64,000 nt of DNA, from NCBI RefSeq assembly GCF_032062105.1, contig NW_026931392.1, positions 124,001 to 188,000 of the forward strand. The letters are read 5' to 3'. Shown in pieces: positions 38,501 to 45,630 of this stretch (within the stretch, counting starts at the first letter, position 1; every line of letters starts with the position of its first letter). Made by a program: the position numbers and the translations under genes. The notes beneath the pieces are model-generated. The model ran no database searches, was not told where the DNA came from, and saw only the letters and a program-made list of their open reading frames with translations. Source of the DNA: Saccostrea cucullata. Lineage: Eukaryota.

Positions 38501-41500
38501 TTATATATTTTTACATTCCGTCCATGTCATAAGTATATTTAAGGGAAAAGATAACTTTAGGCTTATATTTCAGAATTTTGTCCATTTAAATTTAACAATT
38601 TTGACAATGACATTCCTCTGTAATTTTTCAAGCAAATTAAAGAGGACTGTGATATATCAATCCACAATGTTTTCTACCCTAGCTGTGTTGTTTCAAGAAG
38701 TCATTTCCATTTTATTCCTTTTCAAGAAAATCATTATCCTGGTAAGCACTTTTACATGAATATATAAAGCCTATAAATTAAGATACCTGTAGCAATACAT
38801 AGTATTATTATTTTAGAATACAAATATATCATAATGTTATATATAAAAATCTTTCTCAAACTCCCTTTTTAGCCAATCGTGAAGCATTTTTGAATAATTC
38901 GCAGTAACCTTTGTATATATATTTATACCAAGTGCAATAAACTACAAATATAAGTTTTTGTTTTCTTTTCAGGGATGCACAACTAACAGTATATTACTGT
39001 ATTTGTTGATTTTTTACATATGTATATTTTGAAACCACTAGCCCATGTTTCTATTTGAATAGATCGACATGACAATGTATTAAAAGTATGCATGTGAACT
39101 AAATCAGTAAGTATTGTATAGTAAGTACTCTCGGATACTCCCTTAGAATGATGATAAACATTGAGAACGCCGGTGTCTGTGAATGATTTTATTAGTAATC
39201 AAAAAATAAAATACTGTCTTAAACTTCTGAGTTATTGTTGTAAATTTTATGATATGAATATTTTTTTCTTTTCTACAGAAAATATTCTAAACTGTCCATT
39301 CATGATCATAGTATTCATTCAGTATGAATATAAGAAGAAGGAATCCACAATAACTAAAGTAAGTACACTGATAAAAAATATTTTGTAGTTCATCCCCTGA
39401 TTCTTGTAGTATTTTTCCCAATCTTCCACGAGTGCATGACTATGAGTTATTTATGCTTTAGAAGTAATTTATGGCTTGACATTTATTTGAATCTTGTTTT
39501 ACGTCGAACCGACTTGTGTTAATTATTTGAAAATGGATTGGAGAGAAAATGCCTTTTTTCTCTGAGCGCAACTTTGGGGCTTCTCTTCTATGGTTCAATC
39601 TAAGATGCAATGCACGCGCGATCATGCAATCTCCACACGCGCCGGTGGCCGTCATGACAGTGTTAATGGAATAGAATTTTGTCTCTCGGGTAAACCTTGA
39701 ATCGACACATTTTAAGTGTTAAGGCTTTATATTACAAAGAGAAACAGTTTTATTATGTAGCATTCCCAAGAGTCCCATTACATCTAACGTTTGTTCTGTA
39801 CAGTAAGTTACTTTCTCTGATGTTTGATTCCGAGGTATATTGAACACTCCACTTTGTTTTTTTAAATTTCAATCTATCATAATATTATTTCACTTTATTT
39901 TCGAATTTCAGCTAAAGCATTACTCCTTTGTATAGGATTATCGTTGATGATCATTGTCCTATTCTAACCTACATTTTTTTTGCTTTCAAGAACTCTTCGA
40001 TGTTGTCAAAACTGGTGAATGTATTGAACGTTTGTCTTTCAAATTGAAAAACGTAACGTTTGATATTGACTAAACACCTGAGTCACTAAAGACACTTTCC
40101 TAGAGAATAAGATATGAGCTGCCTCTCGGAAGCAGGTATTTTCTTCTCACCGGAAGTAAAGCTCTTCATTCGGAGGAAACATTAAAGGATGAAGTTGACA
40201 CTGTTCAGTATTGCCGCACGTGGCCAAACTTTAACTCTACTTAATCTGAACCAATCAATGCCGTTAACGGTCTCTTGTAAATTTACTTATGCAAATAAAA
40301 TTGTCCAAATCAATGAAACATTTCTATGGGTGTTATGGGGTTTTAAAACGGTGTTATATTGCTCAAAAGAATGAGCTTCCGCATCGATTGTAAAGAAGTT
40401 TCAAACTCTCGTTCAAGATTCATTTTGCATCGTCAGAAATCAATAGAAAAGAAAAATAAGGAGAAAAGGCATTGAAAATTAATTCTTCTTCAACTTGTAG
40501 CTGCTGCCTCAAATAGTTGTGCTATAATTGCGCCATGAGTGAGGCATAGAATATCACAGTTGTCATGCATTTTATGATTTTATTCGCCCAATATTTCGAA
40601 AACTATAGACAGTAGTTGTATATTTAAGTAATAATTAAATATACATGTATATATTAGTATATCTGCAAAATAGTGCTTAATTTCATACTGTAGCCGAATG
40701 CAAAAGTAAGCGAACATTGTCATCATCAACCATACTTTTTCATAGTGTGTATTCGCGTTTATTTTTCAGGTTCAGCCTATTTCGACTTATTCGAGGGAAT
40801 GGTCGATATTTGAAGACAGCAACACCATTGTTGTTCTACCGAAGATGAATCGGGTAAAGTTAGTCATTAATTACTTAACATTTTATATTTTATTGCAGGC
40901 AATGTACTTTTTCTGAAAACATATATAAATAAAACTTACGCAATAACCACTTGGCAGTAAATATTGATAATTATGAACGATATACCTTATTTTTAGCCAT
41001 ATTTTATTGATAGCCAGATTAAAATAAAGAATTGATCAGTATAAATGAGATAAATGAGCCCTCTTTGCAATGATGGAGGTCTGATACTTGTTACACACAA
41101 TTAACAGTTCCAACCTTCCTTAATTCTAATCTATCAGCCATTTATGATGGATTAGGATTTAGCATTTAGATTCAATTAAACATAATGGTCACAATAGGAA
41201 GAACTTAAGTTGTTTAATATTTCATAGCAACATGCTTGGTCATATTTCAATAGAATGCTGAGTAGTGTATTTTCTCTCTCCTGGTCAGAATACACTAGGA
41301 TACCTGCATACTGATATGATATTTACAATGCAATACACCAGACCGTCTACTTGGATTTATGCATGATTTATAAGGTGATATTCAATCGTAGTTGGGGTGT
41401 ATTCGATCAGGTTCTGTACCATATGCGTGACAGGTGGCATGGACCCGCCAGTCCAACACAAGTATTATCATTCGAGTGTCTAATCTTCGCGATCCTCTGA

Positions 41501-43641
41501 TAATCAATACAAAATATGTTTAATTACAGTGATTAAATTGTAAATAATTGTAAATAATGTCAAATCATTCATCAATATACACTTCAAGTTCAAAGGTTAA
41601 AGTGACTCTGCACACGATAGAAACTTGGGTAATTACTTTCTCCTTGACAAATAATAGGATATGTTTATAAAGGAAAGTTTCCTTCATTTGACAGGATGCA
41701 ATCTTTTCCTCCGTAGAATGTTTAAACAAGATGTCAATTGATATAACAGTCCCAAGCAAACACGAAACAGTCTCACTTATTTATACATTATTTTGGTACT
41801 CATTTTGCTCTAATACTTTATTTTTGGATTTATAAAACATTTTAAAATGCTTCAAGTCTTTGTAATGAGTTGAGAGGTTGGACGATAGTTCGTATAATAT
41901 TTATTTTTATATTTTAAATAGGTCTGCAGATGATTTGGCGATTTTTTTTCATATTCAGCTGATGAACATTATTCCTTGTCCCTTTATGTGCAAAAAAAGA
42001 ATGATTATTCCATTCAATTCTTAATGGTATTATGGCTTTTTTATGAGACATTCGATTCCAGAGTATTTGTCAAACTTTATTTAATTTCCGTTCAATCTCA
42101 CAATGATCATATTTTACCCCGAATCTGGAGCATTTACATTTGAAAATAATAACAATAAAGCGTAGTTAACTTTTATAAAAATTTAAAAAAAAAAAACAAA
42201 AAAAAACAGGATCAATATAACACTTAGCAATTCATCTTTATGTGATCAGCTATGCATATCAATAATATGTAAAAATGAGCTGTTAAATCGTTTTGAAATT
42301 CCTTTTTATCTTGATATTCGAAAGAAAATATTCGTTAATAATTATAGACAATTTTAAATGTTCAACTATTTAATAGGATCACATTTTGGGAGAATATATT
42401 TTCTCAACAAACAATATTTCATTCTATATTGTCTCGAAAATGCTCAAAAAACACCCAGTGATTAGTTTAATACATTAATGACTTTTAAAAAAAACCAGAA
42501 CTTCAAATAGTTCTGAAAATTTATTCAATAGATAGATACAAATCCAACGCTATGTGCACAGGGGATATTTGGAGACTATAAATATGCTTAAAATTCTTTT
42601 TAATAATTTCTTATTCACATATTCCTTCACCTTCACATCAAGATATTTATCCATAGATATCTGATTTTATTATCATATTTTAATTGATAAACTACGCACC
42701 TTATTTTTAATGTATTGACAATAACCCCCTTTGAGAACATTAAATTGTTTAAAGGATAGCAATACGGCAAAAAAGACAACTACCTTAATCCTTTTCATGA
42801 GCTAGATAGTACGTAAGTGAATGATAAATTTCGCAGATAGTGGAACTGTTCTTCCCAGTAGATTAGCCTTTTTAAAAGGAGAGCATTTACACTCATTCAA
42901 GATAATTTAAAGTTTTCCCTATGGTCCAAACAAAAAATTAACGCGATTTAAATAGTTTTTTGGGTTTTTTTGAAAAAAAAAATACAAACATGGGTGTAGC
43001 TTAAGTGCAATAACCTGATATGCCTCTTATTCTTTCTCAACAAGGACGGGGCAACAAAAGCAAATCGTACTCTTAAACAACTCCAACCATGGCCCAAAGT
43101 CAGAGAAATGTGTTGCATTATTTAACAATTTCATGAGCAGAATATTAATGAAACAGTACATTTCCCTTGATGAAAGACTTGTATGTGATAATAGCCAGAT
43201 ATACCAAAAGAGTGCCTGTAATTATCAAACGGAAAAAATATATAGAATTTATCGTTCGATGCACGAGGCGAAAATGGATTGACAATAATTTCAGAGGATT
43301 AAGCAAATATCGTATAATAGTACTGTCACAGATGCTTAAGTTCAGTCCCACTGACAACGACGAGAACAGATTCGATAAGGTTTAAACTACGATTATTGTA
43401 ACTGTATACTTATCAGGGGAAAAGGATTTCATTTGTGAGTGAAAGATGTTGCCATCCAGTTTAAATAAGAGGACATTAAAACAAGATGACATTAGTTAGA
43501 CGATAATAAAAGAGTTGTAGTTTTATTCAAGTTAATCATCTCTACATATCTTTGCAATGGGTTTAAAATGTTAAGTTGTTTACCTTTTATTGAACTTAGT
43601 AGGAAAGCCAACACTAAAGCTGTTTGGGATAGCCTTAACAT
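1..43641 (-). CDS. Dscam: Dscam (Down syndrome cell adhesion molecule) orthologue; spliced CDS with 35 coding exons in the window, 3' end beyond the left edge
   Basis: Exons join in frame through GT-AG introns with matching phases. Architecture is SP-9Ig-4FN3-Ig-2FN3-TM-tail. Ig1 (GPIFLTEPP...[10 protein letters not shown]...F.PF...DVHA..Y.C.A.N..G.I.SR) matches the Dscam Ig1 signature, and the tail carries PYATF. Confidence 0.97.
337..1103. mobile_element. Non-autonomous DNA transposon (MITE), TA-flanked, CTGTA...TACAG termini
   Basis: ~40-bp imperfect TIRs (CTGTAtcttGAGAAtATTTGGCGCA...TTTTAGCGC vs the reverse complement of the right end), TA on both sides, internal GCGCTAAAAT repeats. Confidence 0.8.
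1180..1425 (-). CDS. Dscam: Dscam cytoplasmic exon 5
   Basis: [42 protein letters not shown]...CEVHYT; 246 nt, phase 1-1, donor A|GTAAGC. Confidence 0.86.
1714..1854 (-). CDS. Dscam: Dscam cytoplasmic exon 4
   Basis: [47 protein letters not shown]; 141 nt, phase 1-1. Confidence 0.86.
2012..2135 (-). CDS. Dscam: Dscam cytoplasmic exon 3
   Basis: [41 protein letters not shown]; 124 nt, phase 0-1. Confidence 0.86.
2420..2562 (-). CDS. Dscam: Dscam cytoplasmic exon 2 (PYATF motif)
   Basis: [48 protein letters not shown]; 143 nt, phase 1-0. Confidence 0.9.
2740..2978. mobile_element. PIF/Harbinger-like MITE
   Basis: Degenerate TIRs (GGCCA...TGTTTGcTTGCC.TCTCCTGAC / GTCAGGAGAGGACAACCAAACA...TGACC) flanked by a 3-bp TGA duplication. 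Confidence 0.6.
3193..3426 (-). CDS. Dscam: Dscam cytoplasmic exon 1
   Basis: [24 protein letters not shown]...[10 protein letters not shown]; 234 nt, phase 1-1. Confidence 0.88.
3627..3788 (-). CDS. Dscam: Dscam transmembrane exon
   Basis: TITPLF...[34 protein letters not shown]; hydrophobic helix plus basic stop-transfer; 162 nt, phase 1-1. Confidence 0.94.
4107..4227 (-). CDS. Dscam: Dscam exon, FN3-6 C-part
   Basis: [40 protein letters not shown]; 121 nt, phase 0-1. Confidence 0.93.
4464..4639 (-). CDS. Dscam: Dscam exon, FN3-6 N-part
   Basis: [40 protein letters not shown]...NNVQSNK; 176 nt, phase 1-0; Dscam-typical W...GCPI motif. Confidence 0.93.
4818..5003 (-). CDS. Dscam: Dscam exon, FN3-5 C-part
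   Basis: [16 protein letters not shown]...[34 protein letters not shown]; 186 nt, phase 1-1. Confidence 0.93.
5249..5347 (-). CDS. Dscam: Dscam exon, FN3-5 N-part
   Basis: [33 protein letters not shown]; 99 nt, phase 1-1. Confidence 0.92.
6207..6361 (-). CDS. Dscam: Dscam exon, Ig10 C-half
   Basis: [51 protein letters not shown]; 155 nt, phase 2-1. Confidence 0.93.
6398..7712 (+). mobile_element. Helentron/Helitron-associated non-autonomous element (HINE / pearl-like) carrying a Cg170-type satellite array
   Basis: 5' AACAAGAGGCCCATGGGCCACATCGCTCACCTGAG; subterminal IR GCTCACCTGAG/CTCAGGTGAGC; 3' hairpin GCTCACTTGAGCC-TTC-GGCTCAGGTGAGC; GACA/GACG microsatellite ~7602-7662; A-rich flanks. 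Confidence 0.88.
6529..7432. repeat. Tandem array, ~5.5 copies of a 166-bp unit (oyster Cg170/HindIII-type satellite)
   Basis: Unit TCTACACTACCCAAGGATGCTTCCACATAAGTTTCAGC...GGGGTCATGATTTTAACAATTTAATA recurs at ~6529, 6695, 6861, 7027, 7193 and 7359. Confidence 0.93.
7910..8024 (-). CDS. Dscam: Dscam exon, Ig10 N-half
   Basis: [38 protein letters not shown]; 115 nt, phase 1-2. Confidence 0.92.
8153..8359. mobile_element. MITE, TA-flanked CTGTA...TACAG type
   Basis: TIRs CTGTAGAAGTACTTT / AAAGTACGTCTACAG, TA on both sides, internal CCGCG repeats. Confidence 0.8.
8415..8568 (-). CDS. Dscam: Dscam exon, FN3-4 C-part
   Basis: [51 protein letters not shown]; 154 nt, phase 0-1; AAG acceptor. Confidence 0.88.
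8720..8856 (-). CDS. Dscam: Dscam exon, FN3-4 N-part
   Basis: [46 protein letters not shown]; 137 nt, phase 1-0. Confidence 0.92.
9185..9340 (-). CDS. Dscam: Dscam exon, FN3-3 C-part
   Basis: [52 protein letters not shown]; 156 nt, phase 1-1. Confidence 0.93.
9588..9734 (-). CDS. Dscam: Dscam exon, FN3-3 N-part
   Basis: [49 protein letters not shown]; 147 nt, phase 1-1. Confidence 0.93.
9915..10152 (-). CDS. Dscam: Dscam exon, FN3-2 C-part
   Basis: [19 protein letters not shown]...[21 protein letters not shown]...FTLED; 238 nt, phase 0-1. Confidence 0.93.
10270..10508 (-). CDS. Dscam: Dscam exon, FN3-1 C-part / FN3-2 N-part
   Basis: AVWQGV...[18 protein letters not shown]...[26 protein letters not shown]; 239 nt, phase 1-0. 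Confidence 0.93.
10600..10731 (-). CDS. Dscam: Dscam exon, FN3-1 N-part
   Basis: [44 protein letters not shown]; 132 nt, phase 1-1. Confidence 0.93.
10878..11029 (-). CDS. Dscam: Dscam exon, Ig9 C-half
   Basis: [50 protein letters not shown]; 152 nt, phase 2-1. Confidence 0.92.
11253..11400 (-). CDS. Dscam: Dscam exon, Ig9 N-half
   Basis: [49 protein letters not shown]; 148 nt, phase 1-2. Confidence 0.92.
11621..11800. mobile_element. Tc1/mariner (Tigger/pogo-like) MITE remnant
   Basis: Right end GTTCGAGATAA...GACTGTA; degenerate left end; internal ATATCTCGAA-like motifs. Confidence 0.5.
11858..12052 (-). CDS. Dscam: Dscam exon, Ig8 C-half
   Basis: [16 protein letters not shown]...[38 protein letters not shown]; 195 nt, phase 1-1. 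Confidence 0.93.
12281..12400 (-). CDS. Dscam: Dscam exon, Ig8 N-half
   Basis: [40 protein letters not shown]; 120 nt, phase 1-1. Confidence 0.93.
12524..12650 (-). CDS. Dscam: Dscam exon, Ig7 C-half
   Basis: [42 protein letters not shown]; 127 nt, phase 0-1. Confidence 0.93.
12747..12928. mobile_element. Tc1/mariner (Tigger/pogo-like) MITE
   Basis: TA-CAGTAAAACTTGTTTA ... TAACCGAGTTTAACTG inverted termini; a 15-bp direct duplication TTAGGACAATACAGT at the left end. Confidence 0.55.
13144..13298 (-). CDS. Dscam: Dscam exon, Ig7 N-half
   Basis: [52 protein letters not shown]; 155 nt, phase 1-0. Confidence 0.93.
14220..14938. mobile_element. hAT-type non-autonomous element
   Basis: TIRs CAGGGATGGGG / CCCCAAGCCTG; perfect 8-bp TSD CTTAGTAA (14212-14219, 14939-14946); subterminal GTAATTG repeats. 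Confidence 0.9.
16292..16456 (-). CDS. Dscam: Dscam exon, Ig6 C-half
   Basis: [55 protein letters not shown]; 165 nt, phase 1-1. Confidence 0.93.
16600..17005 (-). mobile_element. TRIM-like non-autonomous LTR element with tRNA-derived LTRs
   Basis: Minus strand: LTR end ...TTACA (16793), PBS TGGTGCAGTG, ~75-nt internal part, PPT GAAGGGAGGAA, second LTR start TGTAAC (16704). LTRs contain an A-box-like TAGCTCACTTGTTAGAGC and a B-box GGTTCGAATTC. Confidence 0.62.
16850..16953. mobile_element. ~100-bp hairpin MITE nested in the TRIM LTR
   Basis: Arms AAAGCCAG-ACCTCTATTTA / TAAATAGAGGTCT-aa-CTGGCTTT; flanks CAGGACCCT / CTAGGACCT resemble a degenerate TSD. Confidence 0.65.
17672..18645. mobile_element. 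Probable degenerate non-autonomous DNA transposon
   Basis: Ends CAGGGGCC...AATCACTTGTAG..TTTACGTAG and CTACGTAG...CTAGTGATTGTACCAGACCTG are loosely inverted. Confidence 0.4.
19900..20010 (-). CDS. Dscam: Dscam exon, Ig6 N-half
   Basis: [37 protein letters not shown]; 111 nt, phase 1-1. Confidence 0.93.
20484..20560. mobile_element. Mariner-like terminal remnant
   Basis: TA-CGAGGGGTTATCAAAAAGTT resembles a mariner TIR start; the partner end was not found. Confidence 0.3.
21268..21564 (-). CDS. Dscam: Dscam exon, Ig5
   Basis: [10 protein letters not shown]...[19 protein letters not shown]...[12 protein letters not shown]...GGEYQC...QMFVY; 297 nt, phase 1-1. Confidence 0.95.
22543..22812 (-). 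CDS. Dscam: Dscam exon, Ig4
   Basis: [39 protein letters not shown]...[25 protein letters not shown]; 270 nt, phase 1-1. Confidence 0.95.
23172..23459 (-). CDS. Dscam: Dscam exon, Ig3
   Basis: [11 protein letters not shown]...[17 protein letters not shown]...[11 protein letters not shown]...TQLTVQ; 288 nt, phase 1-1. Confidence 0.95.
23651..23797 (-). CDS. Dscam: Dscam exon, Ig2 C-terminal half
   Basis: [49 protein letters not shown]; 147 nt, phase 1-1; absent from the ORF track. Confidence 0.93.
24244..24649. mobile_element. hAT-type MITE
   Basis: Termini TACGGCTGGG / CCAGTCCTA; perfect 8-bp TSD TCTTTTAC (24236-24243, 24650-24657); subterminal TATTGCGATA repeats. Confidence 0.88.
24954..25112 (-). 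CDS. Dscam: Dscam exon, Ig2 N-terminal half
   Basis: [53 protein letters not shown]; 159 nt, phase 1-1. Confidence 0.93.
26628..26900 (+). mobile_element. tRNA-derived SINE, near full length
   Basis: A box GGTGGCGCAGTTGTAG, B box GGGTTCGAATCCC, body GGATGAGACCGTATAAACCGAGGTCC (recalls a MetaSINE-type central domain), tail GGGACGTTAAACAA; two homologous copies elsewhere in the window. Confidence 0.88.
26925..27010 (-). mobile_element. 3' tail fragment of Penelope-like retroelement
   Basis: Reverse complement GGAGCACACAGTGGG...CGACAAGGGATGCTTACTCCTCCATGGTACCTGATCCCAC matches the tail at 52860-52930. Confidence 0.7.
27196..27525 (-). CDS. Dscam: Dscam exon, Ig1
   Basis: tttatag|CA..., [47 protein letters not shown]...[21 protein letters not shown], donor G|GTATG; 330 nt, phase 1-1. 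Confidence 0.95.
28676..30380. mobile_element. 1.7-kb non-autonomous DNA transposon with perfect TIRs
   Basis: GGGTGAATTCACCATGCATCGGA ... TCCGATGCATGGTGAATTCACCC, flanked by TA on both sides; no long ORF. Confidence 0.9.
32466..32508. repeat. (GA)n microsatellite
   Basis: About 21 AG/GA units with one interruption. Confidence 0.95.
33200..33462. repeat. Interspersed repeat remnant with short internal repeats
   Basis: Recurrent TAATCTCGACGCAAAA and ACATTTTGCATT motifs in both orientations, ending TGTAACA. Confidence 0.5.
36739..36943. mobile_element. MITE (CTGT...ACAG type)
   Basis: TIRs CCGTGGTTTCATCAATATTCGTTGCA / TGCAAATGGATATTGATAAAACCACAG-TA; internal CCACGAAA repeats. Confidence 0.72.
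43584..43641 (-). CDS. Dscam: Dscam exon 1 (signal peptide [20 protein letters not shown])
   Basis: ATG at 43641 with an upstream in-frame TAA. Basic N-region plus hydrophobic core. Phase-1 donor AAG|GTAAAC matches the phase-1 acceptor of the Ig1 exon, implying a ~16 kb intron 1. Confidence 0.8.
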
Positions 43642-44400
43642 ACTGCAAATTCTGATCCCATCACATGTTTAGGTTGACAATGAATGGTCCACCACTGAGT
43701 CCTAAGGTCAGGTTCCAAGGCATCTTAGACGTGCAATCTCCAGTTAATGGTGACTCCTGTCGCACCGTGCGTTCATTCAATAAAGATTATTTCTTACACA
43801 GGTAATTCTTCGCAATATCGGAGATCAATGCAAAAAGAAATATCCACGCTACCTTTCAGTCTGTTCCTATGTGTAGCTCTTTTCTTCAGTCATTCATGAT
43901 GGGGATGTATAAATATCACAGAAATCTCACAATTTTAATTTAATTTTCCAAAAGTTTCCGAGTTAGTCCGGAGCTGCTGTGTTTGTCTCCATTGCTTTCC
44001 ATGCTTACTCAGGTGACGCATCATAACTCTGCAATCCGAACACTGCCGCTTCTACAGAGCACGTGTAGAAGTAGGAGAAATCAATAGCTTCGTTACAACC
44101 TTTTTAACGAGGGTCCAACCCAAACACATTTATGAAGCTGTAGTCGGGCGGTGCTTTAGTCCAAGACCCCTTTGCAAACGGGCTGTCAAATTATCGCATA
44201 ATTCTGAATTTAAATAACCTGGGTATTGTGAACATCCTTCATTATCATTTTTGGGGCGGTTACTCCTATCCTTGCATGTGTTTATCAATTGCTTTCTGGG
44301 GCATTGCAGAAAAATGAAAAATTGAGCTGAAATATGAAATCGAATTATAAAATACACAATTCACACGCGCTGATCTATCCAGACGTCACTAAAAAAAACT
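43642..44400 (-). promoter_or_regulatory. Probable Dscam 5'UTR / proximal promoter
   Basis: GC/CpG-richer block directly upstream of the start codon, with GC boxes (GGGCGG ~44146, ~44253), E-box CACGTG ~44060 and a CRE-like TGACGT ~44385. The TSS cannot be determined. Confidence 0.4.
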
Positions 44401-45399
44401 TGACCTTGATTTCCCAGCTTTGGGATGTCATATTTCAAACAGATTTAATTTTTTGTCGATTTTTTAAACATTTTAAAAAACATCCATTTCAAAACTTCAC
44501 ACAACTTTGATAGGGAAAGTAAAATAAGTTTTCATAATAAGAAATAGGACTAGCTAGTATTTGAAAGAGCTTAACACTTTTTTTTTTATATGATGTAGAT
44601 AATTGTGACCAATGAAGCCATCAAGAGAATTGTAGCTGTGCACATCGCGTCAGTGACCACATATTGCATTAATTGGATATGAAATATGCAGTGTTAAGAC
44701 ACGGAATTAGCAGAAAACACAAGGTCAAACGAACTTTATCACGTAAAGGTCCTGATGTAAGGAGTTGTTAGCAGATCAGATCTTTACGTAACAGAACCTG
44801 AGCTTCTGTCTTTGTTTTTGGTGGGTTTTTTTCTATACCTACCTTATTTGCGAATTCTTTTTATCATAATCATGTCTTCATGACGTAATGGCTATCCCTT
44901 GAAATTTAGATTAACACTCTTTCCGTAAAAACTACAGGATATAACTTGCATGACATTTTTGGTTTTTCATATTGATGAGAAAAAGTAGAGAAACGAAGTT
45001 TTATTAGATATCCATGACACTGAAAGAGTCGAATGACATGCACATTAAATACTAGTATCTTTTGCATTGTAACATAAGTAGTTATTTCAATCTTGGTGAA
45101 TAATGGTGTTGAAAACTTGAAGAATAAGAATCTTTTTTCTACGTTAAATAAATTCATTTCATGATTGAAAGTAATTTACAATGTTAACGAAATATACTCA
45201 TCGATTTGTGTGCAAAGCGAGGATAGAAAATATATTCTTAGTTAGGAAATCCCACCACCTTGTGTAATTACAAAGACTAGAAACTCCAAGTTTGGAAGAA
45301 ACCTTGACCACAACCTTTGATTGGATGGTGCTAGGACTTTTATGTTTAGATGTGTATTCCATCATTTCCATGCGACGTAGCATTTCTTTAAAAACATAA

Positions 45400-45630
45400 T
45401 TTTGCCGCATGACCTTGAATTTTAACATACTTTCGAAAAAACTTTAACATTGTGAATAACTTGAGTCTTCTGACCGGTTTCTATAAGTAATTACATATTT
45501 CAAAGGTTATTCCTTGTGTTAAAAGACCTTTCTTTGGTGCAAACATTTTTGACCTTGGGATTTGATATGCTTTTGGAAAACGCTAAGATTGGCCATAACT
45601 TCTAAAAGGTGAATTCTAGGGCAACGATGA
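45400..45630. repeat. Degenerate Helentron-type (TGACCTTG-containing) repeat remnant
   Basis: Two diverged units TGACCTTG...AAAACTTTAACATTG / TGACCTTG...AAAACGCTAAGATTGGCCATAACTT. Confidence 0.35.
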
